The notes beneath the pieces were generated by a model. That model had not been told where the DNA came from and ran no database searches. It saw only the letters and a program-made list of their open reading frames with translations. Made by a program: the position numbers and the translations under genes. From Camelus dromedarius (taxonomy: Eukaryota), in contig NC_087437.1 of NCBI RefSeq assembly GCF_036321535.1, forward strand, positions 111,726,001 to 111,790,000: a stretch of 64,000 bases of DNA, written 5' to 3'. Numbering within the stretch: position 1 is the stretch's first letter; the number at the start of each line of letters is the position of its first letter. Positions 37,837-50,481 of this stretch are shown here, in pieces.

Positions 37837-38637
37837 TCATCTTTCTGTAAAGTCTAGTGTGGGTGATGCCTTAGATGCCAAGGTGGTGAGAGGACCTCCT
37901 GGAGGGGTGGTGCCAGGTGGGAGGAGAGGGACAGGAGGTGGAGGTGGTCTTCTTGCCGGCAACACACAGAAAGAGACACTGGTACCTTGGTTCCAGTCAT
38001 CATCGAAGGTCGCCTTGGAGCCGGAAGACAAATTCAGCTGACTGCCCAGTAAGTCTGGACAACAAGTGGACCTCGGCTTCCCTGTCACCCCAAAGTCCTC
38101 TTCTTCCTCGAAGGTTACCCAGCCTTTGGGGTTGCTGATTTTTATTGTAGGTGGGCCCTGAGGATCAAAACTGTCCTTAAAGCCATCCAGCAAAGATGAA
38201 GGCTTGCTGCTGTCATGACCGAGCGGCTTCAGAGAAGGGAAAGGACTGGGAGCAACAGGCTCTTCTTTGGAGAACCATGGAGTTGCCTCTGATTCTTGAG
38301 CTTCGGCTCTAAATGGGTTTCTGGGAGCGGCAGTCCTGTCGGTGAAAGGATTTGTGCTGCTGGAGCTTGTGACGAATGGGTTTGGAGAACAGCGCATGTT
38401 TTCCTGGGATTTGCTCCGGGTTGGGATTGGAGGCATTGTCGGCATGCAGCTTACAGAACTCAAAGGATTCGTGTTACTTAGGGTTGCAGAAGGCAACGAA
38501 ATCAACCCCTTTGGGTCTGGGGTTTGAACAGATAACTGAGCCTTTGATACAGTAAGCAGATTCAATGACAGATCTTCAAAAAGGTCATTCTTTAGTGGTG
38601 ATTCCAGTCTGATGGCCAAGACGCCATTTGTTTTTAC
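37837..38637 (-). CDS. SYNJ1: SYNJ1 terminal exon, 170-kDa isoform tail (VKTNG...[10 protein letters not shown])
   Basis: CAG acceptor, 801 nt; three NPF motifs, FKDSF, WVTF; known C-terminus PTLDFTER. Confidence 0.97.
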   Translation of the reverse strand, partial: VKTNGVLAIRLESPLKNDLFEDLSLNLLTVSKAQLSVQTPDPKGLISLPSATLSNTNPLSSVSCMPTMPPIPTRSKSQENMRCSPNPFVTSSSSTNPFTDRTAAPRNPFRAEAQESEATPWFSKEEPVAPSPFPSLKPLGHDSSKPSSLLDGFKDSFDPQGPPTIKISNPKGWVTFEEEEDFGVTGKPRSTCCPDLLGSQLNLSSGSKATFDDDWNQGTSVSFCVLPARRPPPPPVPLLPPGTTPPGGPLTTLASKASPTLDFTER

Positions 38638-39801
38638 CTGGAAGACAGGAAGCACTGAATAATCAAAACAAACAAAAAGTAATACATTTACTTTTACTAC
38701 CCACTATGCTTCCTGTCTTAATTATTCTTCATTTTAGGGGGCAAGTATACAAATCTAGGGGAAAAAAAAGGCAGCTTTGTACAGTCTGTTACTCTAGTGG
38801 TTTAACTAAGAGAAAACAGCTAAAATCTTATTTTTTAAAAACTCCTTACTAAATAAATCCTTTTATTAGAAAGAGCTTATTTTGTCCATGCAAGTATTGA
38901 TATGGTAAAGTGGAGAACTGTACAGAATTAGCAGATGAGCTCTATTCATGCCCTTTATCAGATTTTAGCACGAACTTAAGAAACCATATTCTAAATCTCT
39001 ATAAATAAACTTCCAACACCCATCCCCGATGATGATGTGGTTTCATTGTTATTTTAAATATAATTTCATTTAAAGTTAATGTTACTATGGAAATATAACT
39101 TTGTGGATGAAAATTAATTTTATTAGTGTATGTATATTCATAAGCTGAAGACAATGCATCTTTTCCTTTTCAGCTTGAAAAAGAAATTTGCAAAGCATTT
39201 TTGCCTCTTAAGTTCTTTGCAGAATAAACTCTGTGAATAATGGCACAATATTCCTTAACTGACCTTCTTCATCTTGTAAAAAATGTTCCAAAACAGATAT
39301 GTTTATTAATAACCAAAGGCAATGATTGTTTAAAACTGGGTTGGGGGGAGATCCCATTTTCTATTTGGTATATTAATTCTGAAGCCAAGATGAAGCTGAA
39401 GCTGTGCCCAGAGGGTGCACAGTCCTCTCTACGTGACAGAGCTGGCTGTGAACTGCTGTTGGTAGGAGGAGGGTTCTGAATTACTTCACAGTCATCAGAA
39501 ATCTGCCCTCTGCGCCTGTTTCACAAAGAAGCCGGCTGGAGTGGAGTATGGCTGTGGGCTGAGCAAAGCCAGCTTTTCTTATGGGAAGTGAAACATGATT
39601 CTGGCCTTATAAGATATTCAGCTCATCAGGAACTTCACTTCATTAAAAAAAAAAACAAACTATATAATTATTAAAATTAGGTGGATGACTTGGATATTTA
39701 TGCCAAATTAAAGGTAAGAAAACAAACCTTTGGGTTAAAAAGGACAGGAACTTTTAGCTTAAGGCTTGCAATGTAACAAAATGGAACATTATGTAAAATG
39801 A

Positions 39802-39945
39802 TTTTCTTTTTTTTTCCTTTTTTTTGGGGGGGGAATTAGGTTATTTTTTATTTTTTTTTTTTTTAATGGGAGTACTGGGGATTGAACCCTGGACCTTGTG
39901 CATGCTAAGCATGTGCTCTAACCACCGAGCTATACCTACCCCCCC
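39802..39945 (-). mobile_element. tRNA-derived SINE (Vic-1-like)
   Basis: Reverse complement GGGGGTAGGTATAGCTCGGTGG...GGGTTCAATCCCCAGTACTCCC + A-rich tail. Confidence 0.85.
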
Positions 39946-41215
39946 ACACACAATGAATTCAGATAGCTGTTAAAGGAAATAACTAAACATTCATAAAACT
40001 GTTGGAAAAAAAGAGCAGCAGTACCAATAACACGTAATTGCATCTTATGAAACAATAATCTGGTGCTTAAGAACAGGGAAGGCTGTTCGTCTATGAAAGG
40101 AAACGGTGAGGATAACTTCATAAGTGAATTGCCCTCAAGTATCTGTTTTCTTTGACTGATCTAGAACATACTTTATAATTGAGTCAAAAAGTATGTTTTT
40201 CTTCAAACTTAATGTGACAATAAATTTGTACAAAGTTAAAGAGCAAACATGTCACAGATTGTCAACTGTATTCTAAGTGTATTAAAGTACTTGAGAGACA
40301 AATTTATTATAGACATAAAATTACAATTAACATCTACACTATCACTAATGTCTGGATTATTTATGGTTCATATAACAAAACAGAAATACTTGATTGGGTC
40401 TGTGACCCAATTCTCCCATGACAGAAGAGTCCACAGCATAGATATGATAGGTAAGAAGTTTCTGCTTTGTACAGCTTAGAATAGCAGGCCCTTGCCAAAT
40501 AAATGCTATACATTTAAATGTTTATTTTCATATATTAAAACTTTTTCTTTCCAAATGAAGGTAATTTGATAGCAGATGATTTTGCCCAACTATACTTGAA
40601 ATTACAGTGAGAGCCACACCACCATTCATTACATTAGAATTCATTTATACATATCTAAGCAGGATTTGTGATGACTCAACATTAATATTAATGACAATGA
40701 TGTTTTTACAGAGAAGGGTGTTGGAAGGCCCCTTAAATAAACCTGCTATAATGTTAACTTTCATCTTTGTAAATCATCAGTTTTTCCTTACCAAAAAGAA
40801 TCTTGATACTAAAATTATTGAAAAAAATTTCCCAAGTGAAACAAAACCTGAATTTTGTATTTATGTAAAACTATGCCATTGTTAAAACCAAGAACCAATT
40901 TGCTTTTGCCAAATAGACATTCATATTCCTAAAGCTTATCTTCTAGAAGTACCCTTTTTAGTTTTGTTAATTTTTGTAAAAAAACAAAGCAAAAAATGGT
41001 AAAGCATTATAGCAAGAACAAATAAAATGGTTCCTAAAAATTCAAAATACTAAAAAGAAGGAAAGTTTTATAGTATGATAATAGAATTTATTAATGTGGA
41101 CAGGTGGTTTTAAAAATGGGTGAAAATTTAGATGTATGAAGCAAAAGATTCATACATCTAATGTGCTGATAAGACAGATGAAAAGCACATATAAGATTGA
41201 GAAATAATCCGATAC

Positions 41216-41239
41216 CTGTTACCCTGATGGCTGCTCCTG
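41216..41239 (-). CDS. SYNJ1: SYNJ1 24-nt alternative exon encoding QEQPSG* (145-kDa isoform stop)
   Basis: aag|CAG GAG CAG CCA TCA GGG TAA CAG|gtatc; TAA at 41219-41221; matches the known short-isoform C-terminus. Confidence 0.92.
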
Positions 41240-41534
41240 CTTTGAGAAAGGGAACACAGACATCAAAGGAGAGAGTTAGGAGGACAATCTGAGACCAACC
41301 AGCAACCCTAATTATTCGGTCTTCAAAATACTTTCAGTTCTACATCATACAAGGAATCCAAGAGCAGTGATATCTGCAGGTCACGGCATAAATTCAGGAG
41401 ACAATTCCGATTTCATTTGTCATTTTGAATGAGAAAAATGTATTGTTGAATTAGGGCTTCAAATTTTGACTTTCTCTGAGGTTGATTACTAATTGGTTCA
41501 AAATCAAATAGGTTTTTGGAGCTCTTAAGCAGCC

Positions 41535-41929
41535 TGTTATGGATAAAATGTTTGTGTCCTCCCCCAAATCCATATGCTGAAGCCCTAACACCCAGTGTGA
41601 TGGGATTTGGAGGTGGGGCCTTTGGGAGGTAACTGGGGCTGGATGAGGTCATGACGGTGGGGCCCTCTGCAGGGCATTAGCACCTTTAGGAGGAGGCACA
41701 CCAGAGGGCTGGCTGTCTTTTTCTCCCCCTGCAAGCACCAAGGAAAGGCCATGTGAGGTCACAGTGAGAAGGCAGCTGTCTGCGAGCCAGGAAAAGAGAT
41801 CTCACCAGAACTCCACCATGCTGGCATCCTGATCTCAGACTTCCCAGCCTCCGGAACTATGAGAAAACAAATGTCTGCTGTCTGAGTCACCCAGTTTATG
41901 GCTTGTTATGGCAGCCCAAGAGTAGGACA
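41535..41929 (+). mobile_element. MaLR solo LTR (MLT1A-like)
   Basis: TG...CA ends, imperfect 5-bp TSD cagcc/tagcc, typical MLT1A body. Confidence 0.85.
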
Positions 41930-44917
41930 TAGCCTTAAGATAGCCATTAGAGAAAATGTACAAAATGGCATCACTGTGCAAAAAAAGTGAAAATTGATAT
42001 TTATTTTAACAAATGGTCAGGATTCATGCTTGTTCTGTATTACTCAAATTTTCTGAAGGATGATACTATCATTAATTCACTTCATAATTTATTGGTTGAA
42101 AAGTACAAGTTAAGAAACTAGATTCTCTTTTTGTTGTTTAAAAGTGAAATCACAACCTTTCTATAACACAGCAGTACTTTTAAAAACTGCAGTATTCTCA
42201 AGAAACAGTTTGAGCAAATCCTCCCCAATATTTAAAGCTTACCTTATTTTAAAATACCAAAACTCACTTTGATAATTTAGAGAGACACCATTCTGAAATA
42301 CATTATGTATTATTTGTTTCCTGCCTACAAAACATGAGACTCCTGAATTTAAGTTATGGATATATAACATGTTACATAATCATTTGAATTAAAAGGATCT
42401 TTTCTATGTAGAATTATAGAGTCAAAGAACATTTCAATAGTAATAAAAAGTAAAGCAGGGTCATGTGTGTTTTTATGTTTTAAATACCTTGCAGATTTTT
42501 GGCAGAATTAATAAAGACTTGTAAAAATTACTAAGTGTTCAATTCTAAGACTACTTCATATTATTACCAAAATATCAAATGTCATATTTTGATATCTTAT
42601 TCTTTAAGTTATAGACACTAGAGAAGGTTTTAAAATTTTTTAATGTTTATAATTTTTTGAATAGGCATTATTCTTATGGTTCAAAATTTGAAGGATACAA
42701 AAGGTAAAATTCTTCCCCTTCCGTCTTGCCCCTCAGTGCCGTAGCTCCTAGGAGGAAACTAACCACTTTGTGATTGTTCACAAAGACAGTCCAACATGAA
42801 CAAGACCCCCACCCCCAACCCATGAGGAAGAAGAGTGTGTCTGTATATAATGTTCACAGGAATTTGACATCAATGACTGAGGCAAAAGAAATGTTTAAAA
42901 AAAATCTTTCATAGCTTTGATGAATAGAATACAGGATTTGAGAATACAATCCACTAAGCCACACACAAAGCATGTACTTGCTGTGTGTCACCAAATCACC
43001 CATTCCAGTGAAAATCAGAGACCAAAACAAGGGAAATGACCTAAGAAAACGACACACTGCAGTTATTGGAATATTCATCCTGCAGTATTTTTATGTCATA
43101 AGATGACTTTCTATTGAAAATTGCAATCTTACTTGACAGTTTATTCTTTCTGAAGTTTTTCAGAGTACTGTATTTACCTACAATACTTAAAACATTTATA
43201 GAGTTTTACGAATTGGCATTCACTTTTACCAGGAATAGGAATGATCACTTTCTGTCCTAAAACAGTAGTACAAAGCTCTAAGGTGGCTACTTTGAAAGTT
43301 TTTTGCCCTCCAATTATATTAAAGAGAAAACACTATAGTGCATCTTAGAAGAAAACTAGAAGAAAATTCACGATGCACTGAAAGTGGGTTGGCAGAGAAA
43401 ATTCATTGCCTGAAAGATTTCTACAAGTATTATATATCTTCAGCATGCTCAATTTTCTGAATTAAAATACAAAGAACACTTTTTTGTATTAATTAGCAAA
43501 GAGAACATTTTGTCTTTCTTGATTATATAATCCTCAGATTTTACAAATGTGACCAGCTAATGAGTCTAATGAGTAAGTGCTAATTGCTAACAATATTCGT
43601 TTTAAGATTCATATTTATTTTAATGTCTAGGTTTCACTATGGAGAAGCATAAGAAACTGTTAACTTCTGCCAACTAACTGGACATGCTCAGATATCTATA
43701 AAAATAAATGCAAACTATTATTTATTAATGTGCTTAAGGGACATTCCCAATGTATAACATTTCTGTATTTCAGATCTTTCCAAAGTTTAAAAGCAGACTA
43801 CAATGTCACACATTTCTTTAGCCTTGGTGGCATTTTCAAGTTAAAACTTTAGGATGAAATAAAATGTAAGGCTGGACAACAAAAATGCACTTATACTAAA
43901 GATAAATTTTAACAATTTTACTGAAATGTATATAATACAAACAAAGTAAAATAGCATCCAAATAAAATAACTTGCATGATTATTCCTGTGTTAAAATAAC
44001 TTTGTACACACACACCAGAAGTCTTTCCAGTGTGAGATCACCCTGGCATAACAAAGTCCCTGTGACCCTAAGACTTCTACCCACTAAGGCAATGGCACTG
44101 TTTTCTGTGTGATAATGATGAGATAACTTACTATTTTGATGGTTTTTACTTTGGTGAATAAGCCTACTGCCGCACGCCCCAAACATCTAAACTGACCCAG
44201 CAGTGTCTGAAAGTGTTAGAGAGACCGGAGGAACCCAGCGCCAGCTGCACCACAGACAAGAGCTAACTGCTGCCTTAGGTGGAATAAAAGAGTTCTCCTC
44301 CATTTACTGGAAATGAACGACATTGCCAATGGTCAAGGATTGATCTATGCCTCTCATTCCAGGAAGTGAAAGGGAAAACGAATTTTTGGCCACAAACAAT
44401 AAGAAAATAAATTATTATTGTCCATCCTATTCCATTAACTATCCGAAGTAAATTATGCATTAAAAAAACCAAAAAGTCACAAACACGTTAAACATTAACA
44501 AGATAAAACAGCCTCAGAGGCACTTGAAAATTCCCTAAAGAGCCTCAATTTAGGGTTCCTCTCTGAGAACCCCTGATCAAAGCAACAGGTTCAAACAAAC
44601 ATAAACCCCAAACCCTCAAACAGCCAAACCATGCATCTGTTGTGTGACTAGTCTGACATGTCAAATGACATTCACTTGTTGAAGTCACATCTCAAGATGC
44701 TATTAACTACCAAAAGACAAACATTTAAAAAAAAAAACTGAATCTCATATTTGTTTCTTAAGCTAATAATTAAAATAACTATGCTCAAAAACTATACCAA
44801 AGGCATCAAATATATCTCAATAAAAAAATAAAAATTGAAAAAACAAAACAACAAAACAAACACCCTTCTCCCTCACAGAGGTATCACGATGCTCTTTTGT
44901 TTGCTGGGAGGACTTAC

Positions 44918-45135
44918 CTGCGGTTGTGATGAGGGCTCTGAAGGCAAGCTGTGGGAAGACCTGCTCCGAGGTGGTGGCTGTGGTGGGGTTTCCAAGTTTG
45001 GCTGCGGGGCGGCCTGAGGCATAGGTGCGGCCACTGGGACCAGAGGCTCCTGCATCTTCTGAACAGGTGTGGGCAGAGAGGGCTGCGCAGGAAGGGCAGC
45101 CTGGGGCTTCAGTGGTTCAGGAAGAAGAGCTGGCC
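44918..45135 (-). CDS. SYNJ1: SYNJ1 exon ([12 protein letters not shown]...SEPSSQPQ)
   Basis: 218 nt, phase 1-0, AG/GTAAGT. Confidence 0.96.
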
Positions 45136-45411
45136 CTGAAAACATTTCAGAGGTTGGGTGTTTTCTAGAAAACCATGTTTTATCCTTCCTTTAGTGAAAT
45201 GTTAGGGGATTATGGTATCATCCCTGCCCCCACCCCACCCCCGTCCCCCTTTCTGGCCCCGAGCAGCCTCATTTCTTGCGGCATAAAGAAAGAAAGAAGG
45301 GTATTCTTATTCGAGCAAGTTGTGTAAAGTGAGAGACTGCAGAAAGGAAAAGGAAAAGAAGTGAAAGGAAAGAATATAGAAGGAAACTGCCGTTTCTGAT
45401 ACAGTGTCTAC

Positions 45412-45520
45412 CTCTCAGTACTTCTGCTGGTTTGCTTTGGCTTTCGGGGGTCAGTCTCCCCGCAGACGCCCGAGCATGGCTCTGCGGGGCGCTGATCACT
45501 CCAGCGCGGGGCGGAATAGT
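45412..45520 (-). CDS. SYNJ1: SYNJ1 exon ([15 protein letters not shown]...EVLR)
   Basis: 109 nt, phase 0-1. Confidence 0.96.
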
Positions 45521-47194
45521 CTAAAAATGGGAAACGTTAACAGTTGAGACATTTACTCATTTTCAACAGTTATGATTCGGTGAAAATACCTGCTTTTGCA
45601 TCTTGTTTTATTTCCTCAGCCTCTTGTCATTTTAATTGCTATTGACAGCCATACAGTGATAAGTTTTAAAATCTTCCTTTTTATTTTCCACTGTTTACTA
45701 TGTACCAGGCGCTGTGTTAATTACACACTGTATAGGCATTTCCATTTCATCTTCCAAATAGCCCTCAGAGGTAGGTATTATTTTATCATCTCTATTTTAA
45801 ATGAAGATGCAGAAGTGTATACAACTTTCCCAGAGCCAGAGAGCTAGAAAATAAAGCCAGGATCCAAACTCAGGTCCGACCAGCAGCAGGGCCCTTGCTC
45901 TTCACCCTGTGTGGCGCTGCGTGCGTGGGAGACGGGATGGTATCAAAGGTCACAGGAGACGGTCAGGGATATACGCTTTGCAACCCGGAGGCTTACAAAA
46001 AACCACCCTGAGAGTTATTTCTTTAAACATGGAGGTGAAAGCTCTTTAATGATTAAGTCAATATGCTGAAGTAAATAAACTGAAAGACATGCTGGCGAAA
46101 AAAACTTTCTACTTTCATACGTTTGCTGAAGGCTTTAAGAAGCCCGATACTTCTTATTTTAAGCAAAAGTTACAAAGGGACTCTCACAAAATCCTGACTT
46201 TCCTTCCCTACTCTTAAGAGCATTAAACAGAATAAAGAAGGTACTTTGTGGAAAGTAGTGGAGTCAGTGAACAGCAATTTTCCCTTTCTTGAAAAAAAGG
46301 AAGACTGGGTAATGGTTATTTTTAGGTATATTCCACAGACACTTTGCAGTATAGTATTATATACAGTAAAGGACATTTAGGTTGGATGTTATATAGAAAA
46401 CTGCAAGACAAAAAAACAAAATGTTTCTAACTTAGAAATTTTATGAGAATTTCTTAGAAATTAGAAGCAGAAGTTTCCTAATTTCTGGTTAGAGTCATAG
46501 TTCCCAGACCCCCCTTCAGCTAGAGGCCTCCCGCCTGCCCCAGTCCCCACCAGACCAGTCCAGGTCACTGAGCACTGGTTTCCATTTTCTTTCTTTTCTT
46601 TTTTCTTTTTCTTTAAATTACTTCTCTATCCCAGAGAAAATTTTCAATTGGGTAAATAACAGAATAATTCTATGTATGAGAGAACACTGGTAAACACCCA
46701 GAAAACCAGAGATTCACGGCATAGGGAAAAGCTCTGTAACACCGTCTGCTCTCCTGCTTGTAATTCCTTTAGAACCAGCTTGATTTGACCGACTACCATA
46801 AATGGTTTTTCTGAAATCTAATTTTAAAATTCTTCTTATTGAAGAATGATTTTACCTCATTAATTACTCAGACAATATCATAAAAAGTTGCCCCAATACA
46901 GTACTTCCTCATATACTTAGAGATTCTAAGATATTTATTTAATGACAGTAATTACTTAACTGCATCACTTTTATTCAAACAATGAAGTATGTTAAGTTAT
47001 TTATGCAGAGGATGTTAAAATACTGTTATTTGAAAGATGCCTTGGAGATCATCAAGTGCGATTCCCTCATTTTAAGTTGAGGAAACTGGGGCCTTGATGG
47101 GCCCCCTGACTTCTCCAAGATAACATATTTGATTAGTAGCAAATTGGGACCTAAAACCTGGACCTCTCGGCTCCCAGGCAGGGGTGCTGCCTAC

Positions 47195-47265
47195 CGGTCT
47201 GGTTGCACTGTATCCAGCAGGTCCTGGGCCTGTGAATCCTGCCTGAGGTGAAGGCTGGTTGCGTC
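47195..47265 (-). CDS. SYNJ1: SYNJ1 exon (GRNQPSPQAGFTGPGPAGYSATRP)
   Basis: 71 nt, phase 1-0. Confidence 0.95.
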
Positions 47266-47399
47266 CTAGAACAAAGAGATCACACCATGTATTTAAGTTT
47301 TTGCGAGAAAGAAAGAAATAAGAAACCGTGTACTTCTATCCCAAGTGTCTAGTCATGATCCAGTTTTAAGGTTAAGTAGCTAAATTCAAGTGTTTTTAC

Positions 47400-47438
47400 C
47401 TATATTTTCTTTCCGTGTCGTTCCAGGGCTTTTGGGTG
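47400..47438 (-). CDS. SYNJ1: SYNJ1 39-nt exon (APKSPGTTRKENI)
   Basis: AG/GT, phase 1-1. Confidence 0.94.
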   Translation of the reverse strand, partial: HPKALERHGKKI

Positions 47439-48680
47439 CTTTGAAGCAGGAAGGGAAAAAAATTAGTCATAAGTAGACAATAAAGCAATATTACACAACA
47501 TTAGTGGGCTGTTCTGTTTCATTATCAGCAGAAATGGGGGTATGAGATGAGAACAAAAGTACTTTGTTTTGGATAATGATGAATGGTATTATCAGCCCTG
47601 AAGGGTATATCCCCAAACAGAGAAAAATTACAACACTTATGGTGATATTTCTGGCAGACGGGTTAGCACTCAGTCTGATACCTCATCCATAAGGTCACTT
47701 TTAAGGTGACTTTCCCAGTAGAGCTGTCTCCTGTGAACCTAGGACACATATGGTCAGCCTGTGGGAATGGTCACAAGATGTGGTACTACTAATTCCCAGA
47801 ACTTGGCAGACAAATTACTCCGGAGCAAACAGACAAAAATGCATTTTCCGAGTCACGTAAGAGGCACCTGAAGGTGCCTCAAGCTGAAGATGTCATTATG
47901 GATAAAGTAATCTTACGATGAGATCTTCTGGATTTCTACAGAAAAATCCCAGGATTAAGGCAGAAGACAGGCACATCTTGCTATTAACTATCTGCCTTAT
48001 GCAAGACAATGTTAAAATATGGTTCAGTCTCAGTAGAAAGGTAATAAAAGGATGAAATGAGATTAAACTACTTTGGGGCCAAAAGGAGTAGGGGACACTA
48101 TTAAGGGCAGCATCTAAGGTTTCTTCTTTTTGAAAGGAAATTCAAGTGTAATTGTTATATGAAATATATCAGTCTTTTAGTAACTATAATCTTAACGGCC
48201 TCTAGTCTTAACAATCTTTTAAGCGAACTTAATTCAACATCATTTATATAGAAACATTTATGTTACCTGAAATCATCCAAAAAACACTATATTCTTGGAC
48301 CTGAATTAATAAGGTTTAATCGGTCAAGTACAGTACATTTCTAAAATCTGACTTATTCCCCCTCAAATTTTGAAGGCATTCTTCTTAAAAAAAAATTGTA
48401 CAGTAATTTCACATCCTGATTATATATGAAATATATAAAAAACAGAGTGCAAAACAGCATAATAAGAACTGCAGGGAAATTAAGTGGACATCCATTAGAA
48501 ACTACACACAACATAGAATGAAAAGAGAAAAAATACAAGGTAACAAGGACTACATAAGGAGTGGGAAGAGGAGTTTACAGCTGGACTAAGAAAAGACTTA
48601 TTATGCCTTTAAACACTGGAGGGGCTGACATTTAGGAACCAAATGAGAGATCCGTTTCCATGATGCAAAAGTCTTGTTAC

Positions 48681-48728
48681 CTTCCATCTCTCGCCTAGCT
48701 ACCCCAGGACTGGGAGGGGCTCCAATAC
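48681..48728 (-). CDS. SYNJ1: SYNJ1 48-nt alternative exon (GIGAPPSPGVARREME)
   Basis: AG/GT, phase 1-1; known 16-aa insert. Confidence 0.94.
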
Positions 48729-50442
48729 CTTTTTAGAGAAAAACAAGAAGCTGTATATGTTCAGAGCCCACAGCACAGAATGAAAAGCAGGTACACAAAA
48801 CAATTTCTGAGTTAAACTTACTTTTGCAAAGAAAGTTCACCACTTTAAATTTCTTCAAAGATTATCAGTACAAACCAAAGTGACTTTAGATGCCTGGCCC
48901 AAACCTGAGTTGGGCCCTTTCCTCAGTTATGAGTAGAAAGGGGATGCTAGTTTTCTTTTTATATCTGAAATTACTAGCAGTGGGGAATTTAAAAATCTGT
49001 GTAATGAAAGACTTCGCTTCATGATCATATCATTCTTTATATTCACAGTTAAATCATTAATAAAAGCTCCAATATTTGACAGTCAAAAAGGGAAAAAAAT
49101 CTTAAAGTTCCAATTTCATTTTAAATTTCTATGAGACTATTTTAGTCTCTTAGAAGTTAGTTTTTGATGTATTATTTTAAAAAACTCTAAAAGTTCTATA
49201 ATTACTTTCTCTGAGCTTACTACCTTCAAACAGTTATTGGTTTACAGGGTTAAAAAAATATGCTGCAAACACTGCCTACAAAAGAACTGTGAAGAGGAGC
49301 AATTTTTAAAATTAAATCAGATTTCTAAGTAAGCCACTGAGTTGCTAACAGGTATAACTTTTCACAAATTTATTTAAAAATTTATTTTTATATAGATAGA
49401 TTTGTTAATTAAAGGAGAAGAAATAGAATCTATCATGAAACTATAAATAGAATATGAGTTTGAAATGGGAAAAAAAATGTCTGTAAGTCAATCGGAAAAT
49501 TATCACCCAGCAGTATTTTGCAGAAGCTGTAGTGCTGAAATAATTTTGCTGTCCTTATTATACAAAGTCTTTCACATCTACACACAGTGAAGTCAATCTG
49601 TAATAACACATGAATCGGTCAGCAGTGTCGTTAGGCAGCCAGAGCAGAAAGAGACCAACTACACGTGAGCCTTAATGATGTTAAAACTGGATTTGTAAAA
49701 GCTCTCTGTGGGACTGTGATAACCTGCCTCAGCCCTTCTAGAGAATTAAATTAAATTAGATTAAATAAGCTTGTCAAATGTATACCTCCGACTGAGCTTT
49801 GTGCGAGTTTTCATGTGAACCAAATAAACAAAAAGCGACCCATGTGTTAGTAAGAAGTTCTTTATTGAAGTATATCAAAGAAAACTGTTCTTCTATTTTT
49901 AAAAATGAGGCATGAATTTTATGACACGGCATGAAAATGCCATGTAAAATGAAAGATGTATTTCAGATAATTATTATAATTGTAAACTGCATTCCTGGAA
50001 CATGTTGCTAATCCACAGGCTACTAGAAAGGGAATGCACTAGAGCTGATACAATCTAATAGAATCAGATACTTGGGAAATATTCTATATTCACTGTACCT
50101 GAATCATTCTTGAAATTAGTGTGATTTGGGGGAATTAAATCTTTGTAGCCAAACTGACTATATTTATTAAGAAAAAGCATATCAGGCCTTGATGAGTAAC
50201 TCAACTGTGCTTATCTGGGAAACGGACGCTCTCATTAATTCTATTCACTAATAAAACCGAGCTCTGATCTTTCACTCAGCAGGAATATAATGGAAGTTTG
50301 CACTTATTTTTAACTTGGAATATAAATGTCATTCATTTTGACTTTTATCAAACAAACCTAAAATGTCTTTCAGTTATAGGGACCAAACACCAAAAAATTA
50401 ATGAACCAAGATCCATACATTATAACAAATATAAATGGTTAC

Positions 50443-50481
50443 CTCCAAATTCTTTTCTAGCAGGTGCAGGACTCCTAGCCC
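50443..50481 (-). CDS. SYNJ1: SYNJ1 39-nt exon (GARSPAPARKEFG)
   Basis: AG/GT, phase 1-1. Confidence 0.94.

Noticed and set aside
38638..38655. ORF-track start upstream of the SYNJ1 terminal exon
   Set aside because: This is the intron polypyrimidine tract; the exon starts after the CAG at 38637
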